From positions 84,192 to 148,191 of the forward strand of contig CAVSLC010000018.1 in NCBI GenBank assembly GCA_963728565.1: a stretch of 64,000 nt of DNA. Reading direction: 5' to 3'. Origin of the DNA: an uncultured delta proteobacterium (GTDB lineage Bacteria; Desulfobacterota; Binatia; UBA9968). Below are positions 9,466 through 19,016 of this stretch, piece by piece. Numbering within the stretch: the first letter of the stretch is position 1; every line of letters begins with the position of its first letter. Below the pieces are notes generated by a model. The model made no database searches, was not told where the DNA came from, and saw nothing but the letters and a program-made list of their open reading frames with translations. The position numbers and the translations under genes are program-made.

Positions 9466-9639
9466 CCGACGGACTTGAGGTGACCGAGTCGTCGGGATCA
9501 AATGCAATGACAACACTGCGCTTGGACGTTTCCCAAGCGGAGATGTGAGAACGAACCCGCAGTCAGCACCACACCTTGGTTCAGACGGTGTAAAGAAAAA
9601 AACGGATAGGATTCAACCAGTCAGCACAAGGAGGATGAT

Positions 9640-10188
9640 ATGAAAAAGCTAGTGATGATCACGGTAATGGCAATAACCATGATCGCAAGCGTGAGCAGAG
9701 GCATGGTCAGTGCAGATGATGGAAAAAAAGTAGCTATCAAGGGACTCGAAACCTTCGAGACTAACGCCCTCTTTCTAAGCAATCTAAGATTTGCCCCGGA
9801 AACCATCAAGGTAGAGAAGGGAGACACGGTGACCTGGAAGGATGATGCTTTGACTTCAGTGCCCCACACCATCACCATCTTTGACCCCACAGTCCTGCCC
9901 GTTGACTTTGCCACAGCCTACATCTGTAACTGGGATAAGAGAATCCTCGGCGTTGACGGCCCTTGCTTGGAGTTTATGGACGCCCACGGAGGGATACCTC
10001 CTACAATGCCGGTGGTTAGCGCCGGGCGCAACGGACTCGACGTTGCCGGCGACTCAATCTTTCTGCCACCGAATGGCTCCGTCAGTGCTCAGGTTGCGGC
10101 CGCTCCCGGCACCACACTCCACTATATTTGTATCATCCATCCGTGGATGCAGGGTTCGATTACGATAGAGGACAAGAGACGGGAGTAA
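9640..10188 (+). CDS. Exported cupredoxin (plastocyanin/azurin-like type-1 copper protein)
   Basis: Signal peptide; FAPETIKVEKGDTVTW; His in PHTITI and the C-x2-H-x2-M ligand loop YICIIHPWMQGSI. Confidence 0.88.
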   Translation: MKKLVMITVMAITMIASVSRGMVSADDGKKVAIKGLETFETNALFLSNLRFAPETIKVEKGDTVTWKDDALTSVPHTITIFDPTVLPVDFATAYICNWDKRILGVDGPCLEFMDAHGGIPPTMPVVSAGRNGLDVAGDSIFLPPNGSVSAQVAAAPGTTLHYICIIHPWMQGSITIEDKRRE

Positions 10189-10496
10189 TAGACAAGCCCA
10201 AGCAGGGCAACGGCGAAGCGGCTGGTATCGGCCTGCAGCGATACGCGCCGCTGGGCTTATCACAGGCAGGAGCCGTTTGACAGCGAAGTTCGCGGTCGGA
10301 TAGGCTCTAGACCAATCCAACAACCTCGCTTCTCCACTCATCGCGATTAGCCAAAATGACAGTTCTCTTCGCCTAGATTTAGGAGAACTTTGATGAGATC
10401 GCTCCAGTCATTAAGAATAGCAATTTGCAAGCGCCGACTGAGCAACTGGTAAGTGGCGAAGGCCAAAGTCGCTAGCGCACGTTAGATGGAGGTAAC

Positions 10497-11474
10497 GTGC
10501 TTAGAAGGACGTCTGCTTTTACGCTGGGGTTTTTATTTCTACAGACTTTCTACCCGGCTCACGCGCAGCAGCCAACAAAGATTGCTCGGATAGGCTATCT
10601 GAACCCCGGGGATCCGGTGAGCAGAGCTTATCGCACCGAGGCATTCAGGCAAGGACTGAAAGAGCTCGGCTACATCGAGGGGAAAAACATTATTATCGAG
10701 TACCGGTTTGCAGACGCCAGGCCGGAACGGTTACCCGAATTAGCGCGGGAGTTCGTGGATCTCAAGGTCGACATCATCTTTGCAGGGAGCGGGCCAGCAA
10801 CGGAGGCCGCTAAAAACGCGACACAAATTATTCCGATAGTCACAAGCAATCAAGACCCGGTTTCGTTGGGATTTGTCAACGGCTTATCGCGATCGGGCGG
10901 GAACGTTACTGGACTGACCAACCTCACCTCCGAGCTGGGCGGCAAACGGCTGGAGCTGCTCAAGGAGGCGATTCCACAGCTCTCCCGAATCGCCGTCGTT
11001 TGGACTCCCAGTACTCCCACGTCCATAACCTGGAGAAGAATTGAGGTTGCGGCTAGATCCCTCGGGGTGCAACTCCAGGCAGCGGAGGTAAGAAAGCGAG
11101 ACGATTTAGAGCCCGCACTAGCAGCGCTAAAAGAATACCGTCCTGAGGCCCTGTTCATGATACGAAGTCCCATCGTTAATGACCTGACAAAACGGATCGT
11201 GAACTTGGCGGGCAAGAGTCAGCTCCCGTCCATCTACGATGAAAAGAGATTTCCAGAGCTCGGTGGCCTCATGAGTTATGGAACCGATCTGGCTGGTGTA
11301 GACCGGCGCGCGGCAGTCTACATTGATAAGATCCTCAAGGGAGCCAAGCCGGCGGAGCTCCCGATTGAACGGCCGACGAAGTTCGAGCTGGTGATCAACC
11401 TCAGGACTGCCAAACTATTGGGATTGAAAATTCCTGCGCACCTGCTCATGGAGTCAGCCGCGGTGATTGAGTGA
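10497..11474 (+). CDS. ABC transporter substrate-binding protein (ABC_sub_bind, PF04392 type)
   Basis: RIGYL, AFRQGLKELGYIEGKNIIIEYR, GGNVTG, KRLELLKE, GGLMSYG, KILKGAKPAELPIERPTKFELVIN. Confidence 0.92.
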   Translation: MLRRTSAFTLGFLFLQTFYPAHAQQPTKIARIGYLNPGDPVSRAYRTEAFRQGLKELGYIEGKNIIIEYRFADARPERLPELAREFVDLKVDIIFAGSGPATEAAKNATQIIPIVTSNQDPVSLGFVNGLSRSGGNVTGLTNLTSELGGKRLELLKEAIPQLSRIAVVWTPSTPTSITWRRIEVAARSLGVQLQAAEVRKRDDLEPALAALKEYRPEALFMIRSPIVNDLTKRIVNLAGKSQLPSIYDEKRFPELGGLMSYGTDLAGVDRRAAVYIDKILKGAKPAELPIERPTKFELVINLRTAKLLGLKIPAHLLMESAAVIE

Positions 11475-11630
11475 GTCGATTTTGGATTTTCGGCTGCAAA
11501 CTCTTCAGCACGCTTTTTGGACTTTGGTTGGGGAGAAGGCGAGCAATATTCGCGGATCAATGTCGTTTTGAATAGAAGGTTTTATGAACTACTCGGTTAG
11601 CGCTTCGGTGAAAGCAGTCAGCGGGCGAGT

Positions 11631-13577
11631 ATGGCTGCACGAATTCAAAAGCTAACGTCGACAATCCAAATCAGCCAGGGTAGGCGGAAGCGCGGCCGTC
11701 TTGTTCGCCACTACTTCCTGATCTCCCTGGTTCTGATCAGCGGCGGGCTTATCACTAGCGGAGTCAGCGAACTTTATTTCCGTTATCGCGAGAGTGCGGC
11801 AGATCTTGTAAGGCTTCAACAGGAAATTACTTTAGGGGCTGCCTGGAAGATCGAGCAGTTTGTCGAAGAGATCGAGCGCACTACGAGGGGAGCCACCAAA
11901 AGCCGTGAAATCACGGAAAAAGGATTCTCACCAGATTATCAGTTCGAGTTGAGGCGGCTCCTCGTTATCGCGCCCGCCATCAGTGAAGCGGTGGCCATCG
12001 ACAGCAATGGAGTGTCTCGAGTCACCGCCTCGCGGTTTCCGCGTGTTTTACCTGGAGGCACGACAACGGACACCGTCCTGCCGGCGCTTCGGGTAGTCAA
12101 AGAAGGTAAGTCCTATTTCAGCTCCGTCTATTTTCACCGCGACTCCGAGCCTTACATGACGATTGCCGTCCCCATCGAGCGATACGCGGGACGGTTGATC
12201 GGCGCGCTGCAAGTCCAAGTCAATCTAAAATACGTTTGGGAGCTGCTATCGAAGTTGAGAGTCGGAGCCAAAGGCTACGCTTATGCCGTAGCGCATAATG
12301 GCGATCTGATCGCGCACCCAGACATTAGCCTCGTCTTGCAGCGTCGCAACGTGAGCCATCTCGAGCAAGTGCGCAGCGCGTTGCGACGCGCCGGTGATGC
12401 CGAACGCGCAACATGGATTGTAGCGAATAATCTCGTCGGTCAACGGGTTTTCAGCGCCTGGGCGGCGGTGCCCACACTTGGTGCCATGGTGTATGTCGAG
12501 CGGCCGGTCGAAGAAGTCTATGGGCCGCTGTACACATCATTGATCAGGACGTCAGGACTGCTGCTGGTCGGCCTTTGCATGTCGCTCGTTGCCGCGTTGT
12601 TTGTTGCCCGACGTGTGGTCCGGCCGTTAGAGACATTGCGCGACGGGGTCGAACGGATCGGCAGCGGCGACATGAATCAACGTATTGAGCTGAAAACCGG
12701 AGATGAAATTGAAGTGCTTGCAGAAGAGTTCAACAAGATGACCGAGAATTTGCGCGAAGCTTACAGTGGTCTGGAGAAAAAGGTCCAACAGAGAACCCAT
12801 GAGCTTGCTCTCGCTAACGAGAGATTGAAAGAGTTGGACCGGCTGAAGTCGGACTTCGTTTCCAATGTCTCCCATGAGCTGAGGACCCCACTCACCGCAA
12901 TCAAAGGAGCGGTTGATCTTGTCCTGCGCGAGGTGACGGGTCCGCTTACGGAAAAGCAGATCCATTATCTGACTCGGGTGAGGTCGAATACGCAACAGCT
13001 CGCCGGAATGATCAACGATGTTTTGGATCTGGCAAAAATCGAGGAGGGCAAGATTGAACTCAGGCCCGTGCGCATTTCACTTGCGGGGCTGATGCACGAA
13101 GTAGTAGATACCCTACGCCCGGTGGCTGCAGAGAAGAGTATTGTCATTGACGCCGGCGCTCTAGAGCCGTCAATCCTCGTTTGGGCCGATCGAGATAAGG
13201 TTAACCAGATGCTAACGAACCTCATTGGCAACGCCATCAAGTTTACACCGCCTCTAGGCAGAGTGACCGTTGCCTCAACAAGTGGTCCTGAATGGGTCAA
13301 GGTCTCCATTTCCGATACCGGGCCCGGCGTTCCGTTGAATGAACGCACCAGGATTTTTGAGAAGTTTTACCAAGCCGGTGACGGAGGACGGAAACCCAGA
13401 GGAACAGGACTTGGTCTCACCATAACGAAGACGCTTGTTGAATTGCATGGCGGAGAGATTTGGGTCGATTCCGAGGCAGGGTGTGGCAGCAGTTTTCATT
13501 TTAGCTTGCCAATCGCACCGCCGGGAGAAACTAAATCGCCGGCGCGTCGTGAGATGAAGGTGATTCATCACGCATGA
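11631..13577 (+). CDS. Membrane sensor histidine kinase (Cache, HAMP, HisKA, HATPase)
   Basis: Two TM segments flanking a Cache region (YAVAHNGDLIAHPD); HAMP GDEIEVLAEEFNKM; H-box SHELRTPL; NLIGNAIKF, DTGPG, GTGLGL. Confidence 0.95.
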   Translation: MAARIQKLTSTIQISQGRRKRGRLVRHYFLISLVLISGGLITSGVSELYFRYRESAADLVRLQQEITLGAAWKIEQFVEEIERTTRGATKSREITEKGFSPDYQFELRRLLVIAPAISEAVAIDSNGVSRVTASRFPRVLPGGTTTDTVLPALRVVKEGKSYFSSVYFHRDSEPYMTIAVPIERYAGRLIGALQVQVNLKYVWELLSKLRVGAKGYAYAVAHNGDLIAHPDISLVLQRRNVSHLEQVRSALRRAGDAERATWIVANNLVGQRVFSAWAAVPTLGAMVYVERPVEEVYGPLYTSLIRTSGLLLVGLCMSLVAALFVARRVVRPLETLRDGVERIGSGDMNQRIELKTGDEIEVLAEEFNKMTENLREAYSGLEKKVQQRTHELALANERLKELDRLKSDFVSNVSHELRTPLTAIKGAVDLVLREVTGPLTEKQIHYLTRVRSNTQQLAGMINDVLDLAKIEEGKIELRPVRISLAGLMHEVVDTLRPVAAEKSIVIDAGALEPSILVWADRDKVNQMLTNLIGNAIKFTPPLGRVTVASTSGPEWVKVSISDTGPGVPLNERTRIFEKFYQAGDGGRKPRGTGLGLTITKTLVELHGGEIWVDSEAGCGSSFHFSLPIAPPGETKSPARREMKVIHHA

Positions 13578-14926
13578 AACGTCTTAGCGCAATCGCGCTT
13601 GTCGCCGACGACGATAATGATATTCGAGATATCTTAAAGGATACACTGACGAGCGTCGGCGCGAAGGTCATTACTGTAGCAAACGGGGAAGAGTGTTTAG
13701 AGCGCATCGAAGCCGACGTTCCGGATGTGCTTCTGCTCGATATCGAGATGCCGGGGAAGAACGGACTCGAGGTCCTGAAGGAACTGCGCCGGCGGCAGTC
13801 TGATACGACCGTCATCATGATCACTGCATACGGTTCGATCGATCGCGCCGTTGAGGCAATGAAAGAAGGAGCTTTTGATTTTATCACCAAGCCTTTCGAT
13901 CTCGACCACATCGTAATGGTGGTGGAAAAGGCTGTGGAGCAGCAACGGCTCAAGCGAGGGCTGGACAATTTTACGAGAGAGGCGGGCGAGCGCTACCGTC
14001 TAATCGGCGGCGAAAGCACACCGATGCGGCTCGCCATCGAAACCGCCAGGAAGGCGGCGAACAGCAAATCGACGGTCTTGCTGTTAGGCGAGAGCGGCAC
14101 GGGGAAAGAGGTGTTTGCCCGGGCGATTCATCGGTGGAGCGAGCGCAAAGACGAACCGTTCATCGCTATCAATTGCGTAGGTCTGGGAAAAGATCTGCTC
14201 GAAAGTGAACTCTTCGGTCATGAAAAGGGCGCATTCACAGGTGCGCATCAGCTCAAAAAAGGCAAGTTGGAGTTAGCGCATGGCGGCACAGTATTTCTCG
14301 ATGAGGTTGGCGACATATCGCAAGAGCTGCAAACCAAATTGTTGAGATGTCTCCAAGAAAGGGAGTTCGAACGCGTGGGAGGGACGCAGTCGATTGCCGT
14401 GGATGTCCGGGTGATCGCAGCTACCAATCGTGACCTCTCGACTGCGATCAAACAAGGACGATTCCGTGAGGATCTGTACTATCGTCTTAACGTTATTCCC
14501 ATCTTGCTGCCGCCGTTAAGAGAGCGCCGAGAAGATATACCTGTTCTTGCTAGATATTTTTTGCAGCGATTTGCCGCGGAAACGAAGAAGAACTTTGCCG
14601 GAATCACAGCGGAGACCGAAGCAAGGTTAATCGCGTACGCATGGCCGGGCAACGTTCGTGAGCTGGCAAACGTGATTGAGCGAGCAGCCGTACTCGCCCA
14701 AGGATCCGAATTCACTCTCGAAGATCTGTCGCCGCGTGTCGCTTACCCGAGAGAGCAAGGAGCTTCCGACAGCTTGTCCTATCGGGCAGCCATGGATGCT
14801 GCCCGAGCAACTGTCATTAGGCGCGCTCTGGCAATCACTCATGGAAACCGCGCGGCCGCGGCAAGAACCCTCGGCCTGCACAAAACTCATCTTTTAAATC
14901 TAATGAAAACGCTGAGTATCAAGTAA
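13574..14926 (+). CDS. Sigma-54-dependent response regulator (NtrC/AtoC family: REC, AAA+, Fis HTH)
   Basis: Receiver DD..D..K; GESGTGKE; ESELFGHEKGAFTGA; FLDEVG; WPGNVREL; ATGA overlap with the kinase. Confidence 0.96.
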   Translation: MKRLSAIALVADDDNDIRDILKDTLTSVGAKVITVANGEECLERIEADVPDVLLLDIEMPGKNGLEVLKELRRRQSDTTVIMITAYGSIDRAVEAMKEGAFDFITKPFDLDHIVMVVEKAVEQQRLKRGLDNFTREAGERYRLIGGESTPMRLAIETARKAANSKSTVLLLGESGTGKEVFARAIHRWSERKDEPFIAINCVGLGKDLLESELFGHEKGAFTGAHQLKKGKLELAHGGTVFLDEVGDISQELQTKLLRCLQEREFERVGGTQSIAVDVRVIAATNRDLSTAIKQGRFREDLYYRLNVIPILLPPLRERREDIPVLARYFLQRFAAETKKNFAGITAETEARLIAYAWPGNVRELANVIERAAVLAQGSEFTLEDLSPRVAYPREQGASDSLSYRAAMDAARATVIRRALAITHGNRAAAARTLGLHKTHLLNLMKTLSIK

Positions 14927-14952
14927 AGATGAGCGTCGATTCCGGTGTTTGA

Positions 14953-15828
14953 CTACAAACGGAGAAAATCGCTTATCGTCTGGGCTAATGCTTCAGGATT
15001 GTCTTGATGCACCATATGGCCGGCATTTTCGATGACGACGTGACGCCGATTTGAAATCGCTTCGAAACGTTTTTGTTTATCGGTGCGCTTGGTTTGATGG
15101 CTCTCTTTGCCTTCAATTGTAAGCGTCGGACATTCTATGCGGCGCAGGAACTCAATAGACTGCTCCGTGTAGAAGGGCTGCGGCGCGGTGGTGCGATGCA
15201 GCGGATCGAATTTCCAAACCCATTTGCCGCTAGTGTTTTGCCTCATTCCGGTTTGGGCCAACTCGAAGGCAAACTCGCTTTTCAACCGGGAATTATTCTG
15301 CTGTAACTGCCCGGCTCCGGCCTCTATGCTGGGGTACTGCCGAAAGTGATTTCGTCCTCTTCCCCCGACCTCGGAGATCCATTTCTCCATCCGGGGCGGC
15401 GCGTCTGAGAACCTTGATCCCGGAGGTCCCACGCCTTCGATCAGCACCAAACTGGCTACTCGTTGTGGGAATGTACCGGTGTAAAGAAACGATATTGTTC
15501 CGCCCATGGAATGACCGATGAGTGCGAGCCGTGACGGGCCGAGACTTTGAATCAGACAGTGGAGATCGAAAACATAGTCCGGAAAATGATAATAGCCGCC
15601 GGCGCCGACCCAGCCGCTGTCGCCGTGACCCCGACAGTCGGGTGCGACAATCCACAACGGCTTTTTACTTTTGCTTTGAAGAGATGTTACAAACGGGCGC
15701 CAGCTATGGGCATGATCCAAAAAACCATGCACAAGAAGCAATAATTCGTCTGCCGGTTCGCCCCACTCAAGATGATGAATAGCCAAACCCGCTGCGTCGA
15801 TGCTTTTCTCGCGATGCCCGGGTATCAA
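14953..15828 (-). CDS. Alpha/beta fold hydrolase
   Basis: LVHGFLD, PDCRGHGDS, nucleophile elbow GHSMGG, AGHMVH. Confidence 0.92.
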   Translation of the reverse strand: MIPGHREKSIDAAGLAIHHLEWGEPADELLLLVHGFLDHAHSWRPFVTSLQSKSKKPLWIVAPDCRGHGDSGWVGAGGYYHFPDYVFDLHCLIQSLGPSRLALIGHSMGGTISFLYTGTFPQRVASLVLIEGVGPPGSRFSDAPPRMEKWISEVGGRGRNHFRQYPSIEAGAGQLQQNNSRLKSEFAFELAQTGMRQNTSGKWVWKFDPLHRTTAPQPFYTEQSIEFLRRIECPTLTIEGKESHQTKRTDKQKRFEAISNRRHVVIENAGHMVHQDNPEALAQTISDFLRL

Positions 15829-15912
15829 GCTAATCTCATTTCTTATGTCGCATATCGTTGAAGCGACGAGGCTTTTGAAGCGGTAATAGTAAGTTGATAT
15901 CTCCGCTGCGCG

Positions 15913-16398
15913 CTAAGAATTTGCGGAGGCGTTCTCTACGCTAACCTCGATAAAATCTTTGTCGTTCTCCGACCAGATATAAGCACGGATATCTTTAATT
16001 TCCCGATGATAGAGAGATATGACGATCTGGGCGGTTTCAGGAAAAATTGGTTCCCCGAAAGGGCTGGCGAAGGCTTTGTCCTCTTCGGAGAAGTACGCGT
16101 TGTGATCGGGGTGAGAGTGATAGAAGGCTTTGAGTTTGGCGCCGTTCAATGCGGCGTTGTCGATGATCCTTTCCAATTCCTTCGGATCCACGGCGTAGGC
16201 AATGGCTGCGGTTCTTGGGTAAGTCTGCGGATCGAGGGCATGGAGCTGGTTCTGAATATTATTCAGGCGCTGGACGTAGTCGGCCGTGCCGTCGGTCAGA
16301 ATGATTCCGCAGCATTCCTCAGGAAACGTTTCCTCGGCGTGTTTGCAGATAGCTTTCGATGCTTCCTGTGAGAGCACCAACGACCGGCGTGTATTCAT
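15913..16398 (-). CDS. JAB/MPN (Mov34, peptidase M67) metalloprotease, Mec-like
   Basis: JAMM motif: E in PEECCG and HSHPDHNAYFSEED (HxH-x7-S-x2-D). Confidence 0.9.
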   Translation of the reverse strand: MNTRRSLVLSQEASKAICKHAEETFPEECCGIILTDGTADYVQRLNNIQNQLHALDPQTYPRTAAIAYAVDPKELERIIDNAALNGAKLKAFYHSHPDHNAYFSEEDKAFASPFGEPIFPETAQIVISLYHREIKDIRAYIWSENDKDFIEVSVENASANS

Positions 16399-16474
16399 GT
16401 TCGCGCACCTGATCTTCTCTCATTAACACAAGAATGGCGGGGGTTGCCAACATAAACGATGGCGCGGTTCGTTC

Positions 16475-17170
16475 TCAGAACGTGAGCGGCTTGATCTTCT
16501 TGAATTTTTGATGCGCTGCGAGGACTGCGTTTGCGTATTCGTCGGTGTATTCGATCTGGTTTTCCATACGGCTTCGAAGTTCGGTAGGTCCAAGATTATA
16601 GGCGATTAGAGCTTTACTCACATTCTGAAAGCTTTTTCGGAGATCGTGCAAATAGTAAGTGCCAAGCTTGATGTTGACAATGGGATTATCAAGATGCTCG
16701 GGCGTGAATTGCTCCGCTTTGATCTCTTCGGCCAGTTCGTGCACTCTTCTGACAAGAAACTTTCCCGTCGCCGGCATGATCTGCATGATCCCTCTGGCGC
16801 CGGCGGGAGAAATCGCGCCAAATTGAAATTTGCTTTCAACGTCGATCACGGCCAGGATCAGTATCGGGTCCAGTTTATATTTGGAACTTTCCTTGAGAAT
16901 GACTTCTGACAACTCCCATGCTTCCCGTTCGAAAATATCAGGCCGATTCGCCTCAATGATGGAAAAAATTTTCACGAGCTCCCGCGAGCGCGGCTTTTCG
17001 CCAGTTCCAGCTTGTAGGGCTAGAATCGGCTCTATTGCTTGGTAGTGCTGCGGTATGTATCCGGTGGCGACGAGTCCTGGCAGCAACAAGATGACGATCA
17101 GCGCGACCTTCAAGCAGTTCGTCGTCCAACACAAAGTATGAGTGGGCGTTTTCTTGGGACGTTTCTCCAT
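16475..17170 (-). CDS. Lytic transglycosylase (SLT domain) with N-terminal membrane anchor
   Basis: AVIDVESKF, SPAGARGIMQIMPATG, NIKLGTYYL, ALIAYNLG. Confidence 0.92.
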   Translation of the reverse strand: MEKRPKKTPTHTLCWTTNCLKVALIVILLLPGLVATGYIPQHYQAIEPILALQAGTGEKPRSRELVKIFSIIEANRPDIFEREAWELSEVILKESSKYKLDPILILAVIDVESKFQFGAISPAGARGIMQIMPATGKFLVRRVHELAEEIKAEQFTPEHLDNPIVNIKLGTYYLHDLRKSFQNVSKALIAYNLGPTELRSRMENQIEYTDEYANAVLAAHQKFKKIKPLTF

Positions 17171-17378
17171 ACTTAGACCTCAGTGGATTTCTATTAGTGG
17201 TGGATCTGCGGGAGCGAAGATACAAAAGCTATGAGTTAGGTAGCAAAGGAGCTGATTTTTGTCAACGTAAATTTCGTGTTTTTGCATTCACGAGGAGCAT
17301 CGATGGCATTGCCGAGAGTTGATTTTATTTTCTTGAACTCAGAATTTCGCTAAACGCGTCTTTTTTATTTCTCGGCGT

Positions 17379-17415
17379 AAAAAAACAAAGGGCAGGGGAA
17401 AATCCTGCCCTTTGT
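17379..17415 (-). terminator. Rho-independent terminator of the UbiD-family gene
   Basis: 12-bp stem ACAAAGGGCAGG/CCTGCCCTTTGT followed by a U-tract on the minus strand, 26 bp past the stop. Confidence 0.85.
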
Positions 17416-17441
17416 ACTCGAACCCTGAGTTTGTGTGGAAA

Positions 17442-19016
17442 CTATCTACCGGTGCGCGCCAATGAGTGTACCCAACCCTGCATCCGCGCCTTGGCGTTTT
17501 GAATATCTTTTTCGCTGAACCATTTCTTAAGATCTATTTTGCCGACAGGATAAACTGGGCGCATGAAATCGTTCTCGTAGCCGAAAGGAACGGTGGCGTC
17601 GATGCCCATGCCACCCTCGAACATCGTATTTGACGCGGTCCATTCCCGCTCGCCGGCAGTCATCCTCTCGGCCGGCATGAAGGTCTGGCCGCGGCCGCCT
17701 GGCAACGGATTGATAATGTCGGTCTTCGGGTTGACCCGAGTTGTCAGACACCACATCACGTCATCCATGTCATAGGGATCGGTGTCTTCGCTGACGGCAA
17801 TGACGAGCCGAGATCCCTGCGAGGTCGCGAGAATAGCTGCCATGAAGTTGCGCTGCCAGCCTTCCTCGATCTTGTTGCGCTTCTTAACTTGAATAATCGC
17901 GCCGCCCCAATCGGTCATGCAGTAGGGAATGTTGACGTCCATGATGATGCCCGGCTGCATCCGTTCGCATAGCTCGAACATGGCCGCTTCACGTACGGTG
18001 GTGTCGATGTTGTGGTCATCGAGAGTGTGTACGCCCAGCGGGAAGATGATCGGCTTGCTTTCACGTTTGCGCGTGGTGACAGCGGTGACGTGAAAAGTCG
18101 GCGCCTTATAAGCTTTGCCCATATAGCCGGCCCATTCCGGGTGGAAGTGGTAGCGGCCTTGTATGCCGGCCTTTTCGGACTCCGCGGTCTCGAACCGTCG
18201 GTCTCTCGGGTTGATATAACCTTCGAGAACAACTTCAGCATCGGCAACGGCCAATGCGTCCACGGTGCGGGCTTTGACCAGCCGGACCGGAAAGCCCTGC
18301 ACGGCTCCGGCCATACCGATTTCATCGCAGCCCTGGGGCAAAATCACGTAATCAAAACCTGAGCCTGCCAGCAGGCTCGATGATGGGGGCAAGCCAAAGT
18401 TCATCGTGATCGGCACAAGCTTGTTGTCTTTGTAGTACTTGGTAACGACTTGCCAACTATGTGACCCGGGAGAAATTTGGAAAGTGCCAACATTTCCCCA
18501 GCGGAAGTTCATGCGGTTATAACCGATGTGTGATCCACCATCGAAGTACTCACCCGAGATCAAGCCGTTGCCGGAACCAACGGTCAGCTCGGGCTCGATA
18601 TCCGTGTGACGGATCGGAACGACAAACTCGTTGGCGTCAGCAGGTTTCTCATAGACTTCTTCTTGGACCGGCGCATCCTTCTGATCGATGATTATCGGCG
18701 GAATCGGATGGGTCAGAGCGTAAGCTAACTTTCTTGTGCGGTCAGCGTGATCTTTCCAGCCGAACAGCTTGCCGATGACGTTCATGTCGCCAAAAAGATT
18801 GGTGATGCAGCGATGGTGCGGCTTTCCTTTGATGTTGTTGAAAAGAATCGGGCAACCACCGTCCAATTGTTTCTGAATTCCGGTGATCTCCAGGTCGGGG
18901 TCGACCTCTTTGTCGGTCACGATGATGTCGCCGTTTTTCTTCATCCACTCTATAGCGGTCCGTAAATCCTTGACGGACTCGACCGGAGCGCTGTCTCGTT
19001 TTTCAGCCTTAGCCAT
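17442..19016 (-). CDS. phtDa: UbiD-family (prFMN-dependent) decarboxylase, phthaloyl-CoA decarboxylase-like
   Basis: General UbiD motifs (EVDPDLEI, AEVVLEG, GIDATVP). The blocks YFDGGSHIGYNRMNFRWGNVGTFQISPGSH, HFHPEWAGYMGKAYKAPTFHVTA and C-terminal SLARTGR match my recollection of PCD/PhtDa from anaerobic phthalate degraders; not searched. Confidence 0.8.
   Translation of the reverse strand: MAKAEKRDSAPVESVKDLRTAIEWMKKNGDIIVTDKEVDPDLEITGIQKQLDGGCPILFNNIKGKPHHRCITNLFGDMNVIGKLFGWKDHADRTRKLAYALTHPIPPIIIDQKDAPVQEEVYEKPADANEFVVPIRHTDIEPELTVGSGNGLISGEYFDGGSHIGYNRMNFRWGNVGTFQISPGSHSWQVVTKYYKDNKLVPITMNFGLPPSSSLLAGSGFDYVILPQGCDEIGMAGAVQGFPVRLVKARTVDALAVADAEVVLEGYINPRDRRFETAESEKAGIQGRYHFHPEWAGYMGKAYKAPTFHVTAVTTRKRESKPIIFPLGVHTLDDHNIDTTVREAAMFELCERMQPGIIMDVNIPYCMTDWGGAIIQVKKRNKIEEGWQRNFMAAILATSQGSRLVIAVSEDTDPYDMDDVMWCLTTRVNPKTDIINPLPGGRGQTFMPAERMTAGEREWTASNTMFEGGMGIDATVPFGYENDFMRPVYPVGKIDLKKWFSEKDIQNAKARMQGWVHSLARTGR

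Noticed and set aside
15913-16398. JAB gene as part of a CBASS/Bil-type anti-phage system
   Set aside because: No CD-NTase, E1/E2, ubiquitin-like or effector genes nearby; the sequence looks Mec-like.
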